Shown here: positions 1 through 10,324 of the stretch, piece after piece | Layout: every line of letters starts with the position of its first letter | How positions within the stretch are numbered: the stretch's first letter is position 1 | Origin: Oligoflexales bacterium | GTDB taxonomy: Bacteria; Bdellovibrionota_B; Oligoflexia; Oligoflexales; JAPPIL01 | Length of the DNA stretch: 64,000 nt | NCBI GenBank assembly: GCA_965215515.1 | Contig: OZ244057.1 | Location: 2,048,001-2,112,000 of the forward strand | Direction: 5' to 3' | Translations under genes and position numbers: made by a program | The notes under the pieces: generated by a model | The model's database searches: none | Seen by the model: the letters and a program-made list of their open reading frames with translations, nothing else | What the model was told of the DNA's origin: nothing

Positions 1-46
1 GAGAGATGAAGGTTGGCACTACGGAACTCAGGACAAACAAAGCCAC

Positions 47-1390
47 TTACACGTCGTTGTTGAGCAGTTCGGCGATAAAGCCCGTAGAGCATTCTCCTCT
101 ACGGAAAGCTGGGTGGTTGATAATTTTGCTGTGAAAATTGGTGTTGGTTTTGATCCCTTCGATTTTTATCTCCTGCAGGGCACGGTTCATGCGCGCCAGT
201 GCCTCCTCACGATCTTGCCCATGCACGATGAGTTTTGCCAGCATGGAGTCGTAATCGGGCGGGACACGATAACCGTTGTAAATCATGCTATCGATTCTGA
301 CCCCAGGCCCGCCAGGCATGTGGCAGTTGGTGATTGTGCCAGGGCTAGGGACGAAGGTCATCGGGTCTTCAGCGTTGATGCGACATTCGATAGCATGTCC
401 CTGCAGCTGCGTGCACGATGTAAGCCGTGGTAGTTTTTCTCCTGCGGCAATCTTGATTTGCTCTTTAACCAAGTCGATACCTGTTACCATCTCGGTTACG
501 GGATGTTCGACCTGAATACGGGTGTTCATCTCAATGAAATAGAATGCCCCGTTTTGGTCGAGTAAAAACTCCACTGTGCCTAGCGATTTGTAACCGCATG
601 CTCGTGCGATTTTTAGGGCAGCATTGCCCATCCGCAGGCGTAATTTCCTGTTGACCAGCGGGCAAGGTGCTTCCTCAACTATTTTCTGGTGGTGGCGTTG
701 CAGCGAGCAATCACGTTCGCCGAGATGAATGGTATTACCGTGTGTGTCTGCCATGATCTGTACTTCGACATGCCGCGGCGAGGTCAAATACTTTTCAATA
801 AATACTTGCGGATTGCCAAAGAAAGCCTCTGCTTCGCTCTGTGCCAGCCGAAACCTGTTCTTCAACTGTTCTTCGGAACGCACGATCTTCATGCCTCGTC
901 CGCCTCCACCCGCCGCGGCCTTGATGATTAGTGGATAACCGATACGCCGCGCCACCTGCAAAGCTTCGCGCTCAGAAGCGACGGGGTCGGCACTACCCTG
1001 TAACAGACGTACGCCCGCGGCCGCCGCGATTTTCTTTGCGGCAATTTTATCGCCTAGCTCTTTTATCTGCTGAGGGGAAGGGCCGATGAATTTTATTTTG
1101 TATTGTTCGCAGACATGCGCGAACTTGTGGTTCTCGGCCAGAAACCCGTAACCAGGATGAATGGCATCGATGCCACTCACCGCTGCGACACTCATGATTT
1201 GCGCGACCGACAGGTAGCTTTTGCGGCTCGGTGCAGCTCCGACACAATAGCATTCGTCGGCAAGACGGCAGTGCAGAGCATCCCGATCGACCGTTGAACA
1301 GATCGCCACCGTGCCGATACCCAGTTCACGACAGGCACGGATGATGCGCACCGCAATCTCGCCGCGGTTAGCGATAAGAATTTTGTGCAT
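47..1390 (-). CDS. accC: Acetyl-CoA carboxylase biotin carboxylase subunit
   Basis: KILIANRGEIAVRIIRAC, HPGYGFLAEN, GGGGRGM, RDCSLQR, EMNTRIQVEHPVTE motifs; directly downstream of accB. Confidence 0.97.
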   Translation of the reverse strand: MHKILIANRGEIAVRIIRACRELGIGTVAICSTVDRDALHCRLADECYCVGAAPSRKSYLSVAQIMSVAAVSGIDAIHPGYGFLAENHKFAHVCEQYKIKFIGPSPQQIKELGDKIAAKKIAAAAGVRLLQGSADPVASEREALQVARRIGYPLIIKAAAGGGGRGMKIVRSEEQLKNRFRLAQSEAEAFFGNPQVFIEKYLTSPRHVEVQIMADTHGNTIHLGERDCSLQRHHQKIVEEAPCPLVNRKLRLRMGNAALKIARACGYKSLGTVEFLLDQNGAFYFIEMNTRIQVEHPVTEMVTGIDLVKEQIKIAAGEKLPRLTSCTQLQGHAIECRINAEDPMTFVPSPGTITNCHMPGGPGVRIDSMIYNGYRVPPDYDSMLAKLIVHGQDREEALARMNRALQEIKIEGIKTNTNFHSKIINHPAFRRGECSTGFIAELLNNDV

Positions 1391-1392
1391 CG

Positions 1393-1821
1393 CTATGTCA
1401 GAACGATCAGAGGCTGATCGAACTCGACTGGCTTGCCGTTCTCAACCAAAATTTCCGCTACCGTGCCAGCACTCTCCGCCTCGATTTCATTCATCAGTTT
1501 CATCGCCTCGATGATGCACAATACCTCGCCTTTCTTTACCTGCTGTCCGACCGTGACGAACGGTTCAGCTCCTGGCCCTGGTGCACGGTAAAACGTGCCG
1601 ACAAAGGGTGACGTGATGGTCTTGCGTGACTCCGTCGGTTTTTTTGCTGTGGGGGGTTGTGCTGCGGGCGTAGCACTGACCGTAACCTCCGCCTCGCCAG
1701 CACTGAGCGTGTTTTGCTTCACGATCCTTATTTTTTGATTGTTGTCGGATACCTCAATCTCGCTGACTCCGTAATTTGCCATCAGCTTCATGATGTGTTC
1801 AAGTCGTTTAATGTCCATCAT
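1393..1821 (-). CDS. accB: Biotin carboxyl carrier protein
   Basis: [11 protein letters not shown] and EAMKLMNEI biotinylation motif. Confidence 0.97.
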   Translation of the reverse strand: MMDIKRLEHIMKLMANYGVSEIEVSDNNQKIRIVKQNTLSAGEAEVTVSATPAAQPPTAKKPTESRKTITSPFVGTFYRAPGPGAEPFVTVGQQVKKGEVLCIIEAMKLMNEIEAESAGTVAEILVENGKPVEFDQPLIVLT

Positions 1822-2381
1822 TTAACCTTTTCCACGTAAGCACCAGAGCGTGTATCTATCTTCACGATATCACCTTTTTTGATATGGAAAGGAGCAGTCA
1901 GCGTCAAGCCTGTTTCGGTAGTCACTGGTTTGCCTCCTCCTGATGAGGTATCGCCTTTGATATTGGGCTGGGCTTCGCTAATCATTAAGGCGACGAAGGT
2001 GTCGATTTCGCAGGCGACAGGTTTACCGTTGTAGAAGGTGATTTTGACGGCACTGCCCTCCTTGAGGTAGTAGATGTTGTCATCCAATTCCGCCGCAGTT
2101 AGGACATACTGCTCATAGTTCTCGTTGTCCATGAAGTTGAAGTTGTTGCCCTCGCGGTAAAGGTATTCGGTGCTGCGCACCTGCAGGTCAGGAATACCTA
2201 CTCGATCGACCCCCGCCTTGAAGGTAACCTCCAGCACCTGTGTCGTTTCAAGATTTTTGAGCCGCGTGCGCACGAACGCCGACCCTTTGCCAGGGTTGAC
2301 GTGCTGAAAGCTGATGATCGTCCACGGCTGTCCTTTGTATTCAATGCGTAGACCCTTGCGAAAGTCGGTTGTTTCGTACAT
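1818..2381 (-). CDS. efp: Translation elongation factor P
   Basis: [31 protein letters not shown] motifs; start set at [10 protein letters not shown] (ATG 2381); efp-accB-accC synteny. Confidence 0.95.
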   Translation of the reverse strand: MYETTDFRKGLRIEYKGQPWTIISFQHVNPGKGSAFVRTRLKNLETTQVLEVTFKAGVDRVGIPDLQVRSTEYLYREGNNFNFMDNENYEQYVLTAAELDDNIYYLKEGSAVKITFYNGKPVACEIDTFVALMISEAQPNIKGDTSSGGGKPVTTETGLTLTAPFHIKKGDIVKIDTRSGAYVEKVK

Positions 2382-2497
2382 GTGTGCTCCTACGCGGCCG
2401 AAAACGGCGTAGCTTACCTCGTGTGTTGCGCGACTGCAACTTTCTCTCTCCGTTCCCGCCATAGGCTTGCTGTGCGTCGCACGAAATGCCCTCGTCT

Positions 2498-3115
2498 TCA
2501 GTTTCCTCCTATCAGGCGACGGTGGCGTAGAATACGGTACAACGGGCCGCGAAAGTGGGCGAAGGCAACCTGTCGTGCTCTCTGCAAAGCCACACCAGGG
2601 CCGCGCAGTTCACGTCCTGCGGTGACATGCACAACCGTGCCCCGTCCTCTGCCGCTGACTGTCTCCACTATCGCTACATGTCCTTCGTAAACAAGTAGAT
2701 CGAGGGGGCGAATGAGGCGCAGCTGTTTAGGCATGGTGACCAAGTGCCAAACCTTCTGGAGCGTTTGGGGTGATAGTTGCAGCATTTGTTTGGTGGTCAG
2801 ATAGGGCATGGTCAATCCCGCGTGGTTAAAAACCTGATGCACGAAGTTGCTGCAATCGAGACTGCATTCGCGACAGGGGGCGCAAGTTTTGCTTTTGCTC
2901 TGCTTTGTCTCCCCCACGAGGCATTGCACACAAGCGGTGCAAGCTGCGACGCTGCTGACCTGTGTGCCGCCATAGACATAGGTGATGGCGTAGTCGCGCA
3001 TCATCTGTGCGACCACTGCAGTGACACGTTGGTGGTAAATTTGCCCCCTAGGTGGTTTGTGGCTCTTGGCAGCACCGCTTAGCAGTAGGGCACAAGCCAG
3101 TGTGGCTAGTCTCAT
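2498..3115 (-). CDS. Secreted NlpC/P60 family cysteine peptidase
   Basis: Signal peptide; YVYGG...LDCSNFV (catalytic Cys), DLLVY.GHVAIV (His), VVH. Confidence 0.8.
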   Translation of the reverse strand: MRLATLACALLLSGAAKSHKPPRGQIYHQRVTAVVAQMMRDYAITYVYGGTQVSSVAACTACVQCLVGETKQSKSKTCAPCRECSLDCSNFVHQVFNHAGLTMPYLTTKQMLQLSPQTLQKVWHLVTMPKQLRLIRPLDLLVYEGHVAIVETVSGRGRGTVVHVTAGRELRGPGVALQRARQVAFAHFRGPLYRILRHRRLIGGN

Positions 3116-4497
3116 TGTCCATCCCGTAGCAGCAAGCTGATCATGTCTCCGACATCGCGGCGGTTGAGGAATTCCAGGTGTCGCACATGGTGCATCGGCA
3201 CGGCGGTGACGTTGCCCTGCCGTGGGTGGAAAATACCGTCTGCACCTGTCGCGACGCTATCGTTGAGCGAATGCATGCAATAAACTTGCAGTGACGGTGG
3301 TATCTCGCTGTTGTGCAAGTCGCGCAGAAATAGGGAGTTGGGACGCATCTGCCACAGATCGTGCCACGCCAGCCCCAGCGGAGTCATCAACGCGATGTAG
3401 GTCAGCTTCGAGCCGCGAAAAGGTGTACCCATCGTGATTATCTTGTTGCAGTAGCGTGCGCCGTCGAGTTTCAACAACCACCACAGAGCGACGAGACCGC
3501 CCTTGGAATGAGCGACGATGTTGATTTTGTCGAAGTTGTGCAGGGCAAATAAATCCCGTAGCTTGTTGTCGATAAGTCGCGCCGAATCGATGATGTTCTC
3601 CGTGAAAAAAGCCCCCAACAGGCCGCCGAGATTGAAGCTGACGACATCATAACCTCTTGAAGTCAGAATACGCTCCGTAATCATCAGGCAGTTGCGAGAG
3701 GAAAAGAAACCGTACAACAACAGCAGCGGTGTGCGTTGCGGGCTGAAGGCGGTGCGTTTGATCAGCTCGTTGTTTTCCTGCAACTCCTCGAGCAGTTCGT
3801 GGTAAATTGCTTTCATCTGGGCGATGAGCGAGGAATGGCGGCTCGACAGTTCCCAAGTCAGGGCAGGGATTAGCAGTACCAACGTCAAGAGCAGCAATAC
3901 TAATATCGTGCGGGCGATAAAGTCAGCGTGTAGCGCAGCAAAGTGGGCGATCAGCAACGATTCAGGCAAGATGCCGATAAACGTGAAAATCACCACGTGC
4001 CGCACCCGAAAAGCCAGGAGACCGAAGGCAAACGAACAAAGATCGAAGTGCGCAAAGGGAAAGAGACGCAACAGCAGAATTACCTTGTAGTCCTGTGAGC
4101 GCATGAACTTGTGTGTACGGGGTAAATTGCGTTTCATCCACGGCACGACGATTTTTTTGCCGACGAGACGGGCGAGGAAGAACACGACCAAGCCCGACAA
4201 CACCGCCCCGATAGCATTGCTCAGTGCTCCCCCCACCGTGCCGAAGCTTTCCGCCGCGATCGCGGGCAACAAGGAAACAGGAGTAAAGACAAACGGACGG
4301 ATGATTGCCAGCAACAAGAACCGCGGTAACTGCAGAGGTTCGTAAGCGCCCAAACAACCACGCAAGGAGTTGCCGCAAACATTCTGCCAAAAGGATGTCG
4401 CGACGAACAGCGCGACAGCAATCAGCAACACTTCGACAGTGAAGACGGTTCTAAGCCTGCTGGTTCTGAAAAATAAGCGCATCGCTAACACCTGCAC
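3112..4497 (-). CDS. VTT/DedA (TVP38) membrane domain fused to alpha/beta-hydrolase (lipase-like)
   Basis: N-half hydrophobic with LLLRLFPFAHFD VTT motif; C-half has LLLYGFF, IVAHSKGG nucleophile elbow, ITMGTPFRGS. Confidence 0.75.
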   Translation of the reverse strand: MQVLAMRLFFRTSRLRTVFTVEVLLIAVALFVATSFWQNVCGNSLRGCLGAYEPLQLPRFLLLAIIRPFVFTPVSLLPAIAAESFGTVGGALSNAIGAVLSGLVVFFLARLVGKKIVVPWMKRNLPRTHKFMRSQDYKVILLLRLFPFAHFDLCSFAFGLLAFRVRHVVIFTFIGILPESLLIAHFAALHADFIARTILVLLLLTLVLLIPALTWELSSRHSSLIAQMKAIYHELLEELQENNELIKRTAFSPQRTPLLLLYGFFSSRNCLMITERILTSRGYDVVSFNLGGLLGAFFTENIIDSARLIDNKLRDLFALHNFDKINIVAHSKGGLVALWWLLKLDGARYCNKIITMGTPFRGSKLTYIALMTPLGLAWHDLWQMRPNSLFLRDLHNSEIPPSLQVYCMHSLNDSVATGADGIFHPRQGNVTAVPMHHVRHLEFLNRRDVGDMISLLLRDGQ

Positions 4498-4722
4498 CTA
4501 TTTTAGCAGATTACGACCCCGTTGATGAATAGCTCGGGTTAACGAACGGTGCCCTGAGTCCCGTGGGTAGGGCGCTGTTAGGCAAGGAGCAAACCAGCCT
4601 CGTTGAGAAGATCGTCGTTAACCCACTGGAGAACGCACGTGCTGAGCTAGAGTTTGTCCTGCGGAATTTATCCACACCCCTACGTAACGGAGAGGTCGGA
4701 AATTGTCTATCGGTACCTCGGA

Positions 4723-4796
4723 TGGGTCTGGGGGGACTCGAACCTCCGACCTCACGCTTATCAGGCGTGTACTCTAACCAGCTGAGCTACAGACCC
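4723..4796 (-). tRNA. tRNA-Ile (GAU)
   Basis: Reverse complement GGGTCTGTAGCTCAGCTGGTTAGAGTACACGCCTGATAAGCGTGAGGTCGGAGGTTCGAGTCCCCCCAGACCCA folds as a cloverleaf, anticodon GAT; CCA not encoded. Confidence 0.96.
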
Positions 4797-4871
4797 CACG
4801 TCGCACACTTACAGGAATTGCAACAGAATGTGAAGAGAAAGTGTAACTCACGCGCCTCAGTAGGTGTGTTT

Positions 4872-6284
4872 TTAGGCGGCGGGAGGTGGCTCGATAATGC
4901 CGCGGGGAAATATTTTGTTGAGTGCGTTGAAGGCCGCGATTTTGTAGCCCTCGGCTAGGGTCGGGTAGTTGTAGACGACGTGGAGCAGATCCTGCGCCGT
5001 GCAGTTTTTTTCCATGAATATCATACCGATATGAATAAGCTCGCATGCGCCTTCACCGACGATATGCACCCCGAGCAACTTGTAGGTGCGCTTACAGACA
5101 AGCAGTTTTAGTTTGCCGTGACTATCGCCACGAATATAGCCACGCGCTATTTCTCGGTAACCTGCGCGACCGACGACATACTCTCGCCCCGCGGCGCGCA
5201 GTTGTTCTTCTGTCACACCAACACTGGAAAGTTCGGGAATTGTGTACACCCCGATGGGGTAGTTGTGGGGAAAACGCAAGCCGTGCAGGCCGAACGCATT
5301 GCTCGCCGCTACCCGCCCTTGATAGGAGGAAGTTGCGGCCAGGGCAGGCACTCCGATGACATCGCCCGCGGCGTAAATGGAAGGCACACTGCTCTGAAAA
5401 TCAGCGTTGACGACAATCATCCCGCGCTCGTCGCACTCAACGCCTACTGCCGCGGCGTTGATGTGATCGCTGTTCGCGGTCCGTCCTGCCGCGAAAAAGA
5501 ACACGTCGGTGACATGTGTTTCTTCCCCGAGCGTTACCGCGACCGTGGTATCGTCAGGTTCGATCGTGTGCAACTCCCGCGCGAGCAAAAACTGCACTCC
5601 CATCGCCTGCATCGAATCCCGCAGCTCGGTGGCAATCTCACGATCGATCCCTGGCATGATGTGTGGGCGAGAGTCGGCAAGCAACGTCTCCACTCCCAGC
5701 GCAGCAAAGATACAGGCATACTCGCAGCCGATGATCCCCGCGCCGTAGATGATAATACGATTGGGGGCGTGTTCCAACTGCAACACTTCGTCCGAGTCGA
5801 TTACCCGCCAACCATCGAAAGGCACGGAGGCAGGACGACGCGGCCGCGAACCCGTGGCAATCAAAATACGCGTCGCGGTGATGGCCTGAGTGCTTTCCTT
5901 CTGCTGTAGCATAACCGTCTGTGCGTTCTCGAGCTTGCCTTCACCTGCCAGTAACTGCACGCTGTTTTTGGCGAGGTAACGCCGCACGTGTTCCTCCTGA
6001 CGCTGGGCTGCATGCCGTGCCCTCGCAAACAAACGCCCCGCCAACATGGCCTGCACAATACGTGCCGACCACTGTGCCCCCGATTGGGCACGCACGCTGT
6101 TGGTCATCGCCAACACCTCGCGCAAAGTCTTCGACGGTAGCGTGCCCGTCTGAATCCACGCCCCACCGATACTCTCAAAATTCTTCTCGATAACACAGAC
6201 CCGTTTGCCCAACTTGGCCGCCTGCACCGCGGCACTTACCCCCGCGGGGCCTGAACCGATGATTGCCAAATCATAACCAACCAT
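4872..6284 (-). CDS. sthA: Soluble (Si-specific) pyridine nucleotide transhydrogenase
   Basis: YDLAIIGSGPAG, GG..IQTGTLPSKTLRE (no redox CxxxxC), YNYPTLAEGYKIAAFNALN C-terminus; start at MVGYD. Confidence 0.9.
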   Translation of the reverse strand: MVGYDLAIIGSGPAGVSAAVQAAKLGKRVCVIEKNFESIGGAWIQTGTLPSKTLREVLAMTNSVRAQSGAQWSARIVQAMLAGRLFARARHAAQRQEEHVRRYLAKNSVQLLAGEGKLENAQTVMLQQKESTQAITATRILIATGSRPRRPASVPFDGWRVIDSDEVLQLEHAPNRIIIYGAGIIGCEYACIFAALGVETLLADSRPHIMPGIDREIATELRDSMQAMGVQFLLARELHTIEPDDTTVAVTLGEETHVTDVFFFAAGRTANSDHINAAAVGVECDERGMIVVNADFQSSVPSIYAAGDVIGVPALAATSSYQGRVAASNAFGLHGLRFPHNYPIGVYTIPELSSVGVTEEQLRAAGREYVVGRAGYREIARGYIRGDSHGKLKLLVCKRTYKLLGVHIVGEGACELIHIGMIFMEKNCTAQDLLHVVYNYPTLAEGYKIAAFNALNKIFPRGIIEPPPAA

Positions 6285-6436
6285 TGCGCCGCATCTTGTC
6301 GGGTTAATGCACCTGCTTTTTGAGCTATTTTTTCCTGAGTTCCGCAGGCAAATTAGCATTGTTGCCTAAGTCGATGTGTTTCCAGGCACTACGAGTCAGT
6401 TTGGCAAATATACCTTCACTATGCCGTTGCGGAGGA

Positions 6437-7576
6437 TTATTTCTGAATGGTGAGTTTGACCTTCTTGCGCGCGAGCGGTAACTTAACGGTAAGGGTGCTG
6501 CCCTTGTTGAGGGTGCTGCGCACATCGAGACTGCCGTCGTGATCCTTGATAATCCCGTAGCAGATAGACAGTCCGAGCCCTGTGCCGTCACCTGGCTGAC
6601 GTGTCGTGAAAAAGGGCTCGAAGATGCGCTTGATATGTTCCTGCGGAATACCAACACCCGTGTCGGAGATACTGAACACCCCGTATTTGCAGTTGGTTTC
6701 GGCATTGATTTCGGTCTGCGCCATCAGGGTTATTGTGCCTCCTTGTGGCATGGCATGGGCGGCATTTTGAATTAAATTCAAAAAAACTTGAATTAATTTG
6801 TTGCGCTCGCCAAAGACAACTATGTCATCTTCGGGATAATTTTCGATCACTTTTGTGTTACTGTTGAAACTAACTTTGGCAAAATTTAGCGCAGCCTTGA
6901 ACGCTTCTACCGCCGAGACCGACGAGCGTTTGTCGCCTTCTGTTGCCCCCCGATGCCGCGCAAATTCCAATAACGACGACACAATTGCCTTGCATCTTTG
7001 TGTTGCCGCCTCGATCTCCACGACATCCTTGTAATGCGGAGAGTCTTTATCGAGCTCTTTCAGTAAAATTTGTGCAAACGCGAGAATACCACCGAGAGGG
7101 TTATTTATTTCATGTGCTACGCCACTCGACAGTAAACCGATCGAGGCAAGTTTTTCCTGCTGTACAATTTTATCTTGCAGGTTTTTTGTTTCAGTACGAT
7201 CGTGATAAATCTGCACCGTGCCTGTAACCTCTTCCTTGGAATTTTTCAGTGGCTGTGAAGTAACTTCATAAAAACGTTCCCCACTTTGCATCTCCCAATT
7301 ACGAGTGGATTTGTTGTCTATTGCCTCTCGCATAGCACATTCAGGACAAGGGCTGCTACGATTAGCAAAAATTTTGTAGCAAGTCTTGCCCACAACATCA
7401 GTGACAGGCAAGTTTGTAACTCTTGCCATAGCAAGATTAGAGCGAATAATTCTATAATCTTTGTCAACCAGCATCAGTGGATCGATCAAAGCATCGATTG
7501 TCTCCAGCCATTGTTGTTTCAGATCTTCAACAAAACTAACGAGATCACGTTCTTCAAGTTTGATCGCTTGTGCCAT
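6437..7576 (-). CDS. Cytoplasmic PAS-domain sensor histidine kinase (NtrB-like)
   Basis: PAS region, H-box GVAHEINNPL, N-box QVFLNLIQNA, DTGVGI, FEPFFTT, GTGLGLSI. Confidence 0.92.
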   Translation of the reverse strand: MAQAIKLEERDLVSFVEDLKQQWLETIDALIDPLMLVDKDYRIIRSNLAMARVTNLPVTDVVGKTCYKIFANRSSPCPECAMREAIDNKSTRNWEMQSGERFYEVTSQPLKNSKEEVTGTVQIYHDRTETKNLQDKIVQQEKLASIGLLSSGVAHEINNPLGGILAFAQILLKELDKDSPHYKDVVEIEAATQRCKAIVSSLLEFARHRGATEGDKRSSVSAVEAFKAALNFAKVSFNSNTKVIENYPEDDIVVFGERNKLIQVFLNLIQNAAHAMPQGGTITLMAQTEINAETNCKYGVFSISDTGVGIPQEHIKRIFEPFFTTRQPGDGTGLGLSICYGIIKDHDGSLDVRSTLNKGSTLTVKLPLARKKVKLTIQK

Positions 7577-7585
7577 TGGTAATCC

Positions 7586-10087
7586 TCAATGTGCGAAGGA
7601 AAGGTTTTCGTTATCGACATTACCGCCTGTAATTTTTTTTAATTTTTGAAACAGCATGTCAGGTTTTTCTTGAATGTTTTTCCATACCAGCGCATGCATA
7701 AGGACATCATCCATGTGATCGACAGTGATGATTTTTAGTTCTTTCAGCACTGTCTTGGGCAACTCATTAAGATGGTCACCATTTTCTTTAGGGATAAGAA
7801 TTTTACGAATGCCACCACGGTGTGCTGCGAGAATTTTTTCCTTCAAACCACCGATAGGAATGACTCGTCCCTGTAATGTCACTTCGCCTGTCATGGCAAT
7901 GTCTTTACTGATGGGACGCTCAGTCAAAGCTGAGGTAAGAGCTGTGGCAATACAGATACCAGCCGAAGGGCCGTCTTTCGGTATCGCCCCTTCAGGGATA
8001 TGGATATGGATGTCTAATTTCTGGTAAAAATCGGAGTTAAGATCAAGAAACTGTGCGCGCGAACGCACGTAGCTGAGTGCGGCATGCGCTGATTCCTGCA
8101 TGACTTCACCGAGCTTGCCCGTAATCGTTAGTTTACCCTTGCCTGGCAAGACAGCTACTTCACAGACGAGCAAATCACCCCCGACCTCCGTCCAGGCCAT
8201 GCCCGTGCACAAACCGACCTCATGTTCGGTATGCTGCACACCGACACGAAATTTACGTGCACCGAGATAATGTTGCACCGATTTAACGGTAATTGTCTCG
8301 ATAATTTTAAAATTATCGTTGCTCATCTCAGTCACAGTCGCAGTTTGCTCTGTTACTACACGAGGTGTGTTCTGTTGACTTTCACGTTTGCTCAAGTGAC
8401 GACGTGCAACTTTGCGACATATCGTGCCTATTTCGCGTTCAAGATTACGCACCCCCGCTTCTTTGGTGTAGTAGGTGACCAGTTCTCGTAATGCTTGTGT
8501 GTGAAAACGTAAATTGTGTTTCTTATCCAAACCATTCTCATGTAACTGCTTGGGAACAAGATACTGTTTAGCAATCTGAATTTTTTCTTCTTCAGTGTAG
8601 CCAGCGATAGAAATTATTTCCATGCGATCCAATAGCGGCTTAGGCACATTGTGTAGCGAATTGGCAGTAGCTACAAACAGACATTTTGAGAGATCATAAT
8701 CAAGATCGAGATAATGATCAGCAAAGTTGCTGTTCTGCTCGGGATCAAGTACCTCCAACAGAGCCGAAGCAGGATCGCCACGAAAATCCTGACTCATCTT
8801 GTCGATTTCATCGAGCAACATAACGGGGTTAGAGTAATTTACTTTTTTGATAGCAAGGATAGGCTTACCAGGCATCGAGCCGATGTAAGTACGGCGATGT
8901 CCACGAATTTCAGCCTCATCCCGCACCCCACCGAGTGAAATACGAGTAAACTTACGCCCCGTTGCCTTGGCGATACTGCGTGCTAGGGAAGTTTTCCCCA
9001 CGCCAGGCGGGCCGACTAAACATAGAATCGGACCCTTCGAAGTCTCTGTCAGCGAACGCACAGAAAGGTATTCGAGAATGCGATCTTTAACCTTTTCCAG
9101 CCCATAATGGTCGTTGTCAAGCGTTGCCGCGGCAAAACCTAAATCACGTATTTCTTTGATATATTCACCCCAAGGCAACGATAGCACCGTCTCGATATAA
9201 TTGCGTACCACCGTTGCCTCAGCCGACATGGTGGACATCATTTTTAATTTGCGTAATTCTTTTTTTAGTTTTTCGCTAGCTTCTCTAGATAGTTTTTTGT
9301 TTTTTATTTGATTTTCAATTTCACTAACTTCGGTACGACCGTCGTCACGTTCACCGAGTTCTTTTTGGATAGCGGCCATTTGTTCGTTTAGATAGTATTC
9401 TTTTTGGGTACGTTCCATTTGGTTTTTCACTCTGGCTTTAATTTTGCGTTCAACTTGCATGATTTCTACTTCGGAGTGAATGTGGCTGTAGATTTCTTCG
9501 AGGCGTTTGCGCGGGTCGGTTTCTGCTAGTAATTTCTGGCGTTGTTTGAGGCGTAAGTTGACGAGGTGGGCAACGAGAGTATCGGCGAGTTTAGACTCGT
9601 CTTCTATCTGTTGAATGGAGATCAGCATTTCGGGTGGAATGCGTTTATTGAGGCGTACATAGTTGTCGAATGAGAGACGCACAGCACGGGTAAGTGCCTC
9701 ACTTTCCAGACCGCGGGAGGGATGATCAGGCAACCGTTGTGCTTCGACCATAAAATAATCATCTTCGTGCACGTAGCGGATAATTTTGGCCCGTGCTTTG
9801 CCTTCCACTAGCACTTTTATTGTGCCGTCAGGTAGTTTGAGAAATTGTAAGATAGAAGAGATTGTGCCAACATCGTAGATATCGTCAGCAGTTGGGTCAT
9901 TGACACGTGGTTTTATCTGCGCAGCGAGCAAAATTTCTTTGTTGCCAGACATGGCTTCCTCAATAGCGCGAATAGATCTTTCTCGTCCGACAAACAGGGG
10001 CACGGCAGTGGCAGGGAACACTAAGATATCCCGCAGGGGCAATAAGGGAATCCTTACCACGCCGACACCGCGACCTGAAGTGGGCAT
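7586..10087 (-). CDS. lon: ATP-dependent Lon protease
   Basis: LPLRD N-domain, GPPGVGKTS Walker [16 protein letters not shown] catalytic Ser, IGGLKEK. Confidence 0.98.
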   Translation of the reverse strand: MPTSGRGVGVVRIPLLPLRDILVFPATAVPLFVGRERSIRAIEEAMSGNKEILLAAQIKPRVNDPTADDIYDVGTISSILQFLKLPDGTIKVLVEGKARAKIIRYVHEDDYFMVEAQRLPDHPSRGLESEALTRAVRLSFDNYVRLNKRIPPEMLISIQQIEDESKLADTLVAHLVNLRLKQRQKLLAETDPRKRLEEIYSHIHSEVEIMQVERKIKARVKNQMERTQKEYYLNEQMAAIQKELGERDDGRTEVSEIENQIKNKKLSREASEKLKKELRKLKMMSTMSAEATVVRNYIETVLSLPWGEYIKEIRDLGFAAATLDNDHYGLEKVKDRILEYLSVRSLTETSKGPILCLVGPPGVGKTSLARSIAKATGRKFTRISLGGVRDEAEIRGHRRTYIGSMPGKPILAIKKVNYSNPVMLLDEIDKMSQDFRGDPASALLEVLDPEQNSNFADHYLDLDYDLSKCLFVATANSLHNVPKPLLDRMEIISIAGYTEEEKIQIAKQYLVPKQLHENGLDKKHNLRFHTQALRELVTYYTKEAGVRNLEREIGTICRKVARRHLSKRESQQNTPRVVTEQTATVTEMSNDNFKIIETITVKSVQHYLGARKFRVGVQHTEHEVGLCTGMAWTEVGGDLLVCEVAVLPGKGKLTITGKLGEVMQESAHAALSYVRSRAQFLDLNSDFYQKLDIHIHIPEGAIPKDGPSAGICIATALTSALTERPISKDIAMTGEVTLQGRVIPIGGLKEKILAAHRGGIRKILIPKENGDHLNELPKTVLKELKIITVDHMDDVLMHALVWKNIQEKPDMLFQKLKKITGGNVDNENLSFAH

Positions 10088-10324
10088 GATGCGCCTCCTT
10101 TGCGTGCTGCAGTTGTGCTTATAGAATCATTCTATCGCATCAAATTGGCAGATGCTAGGCGTGTCGCTGGTCTTTTATTGCTCGGCGTTATGTCCACCTC
10201 TTCTGTCAGGTTAATCTATCGTTCAAGTTGATGGGATAGCAAAAAAACCTAGACACGGCCTCTCTGTCGTTGCTAGACTGCTGCAGGTGGGTAGGGGTAA
10301 TGATTTGAGAAAGGAAAGCGATAG

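Noticed and set aside
4668..4676. oriC from the TTATCCACA box
   Set aside because: Single perfect box, with no box cluster or dnaA/gidA context
4563..4958. 131-aa plus ORF
   Set aside because: Runs antisense through tRNA-Ile and into sthA
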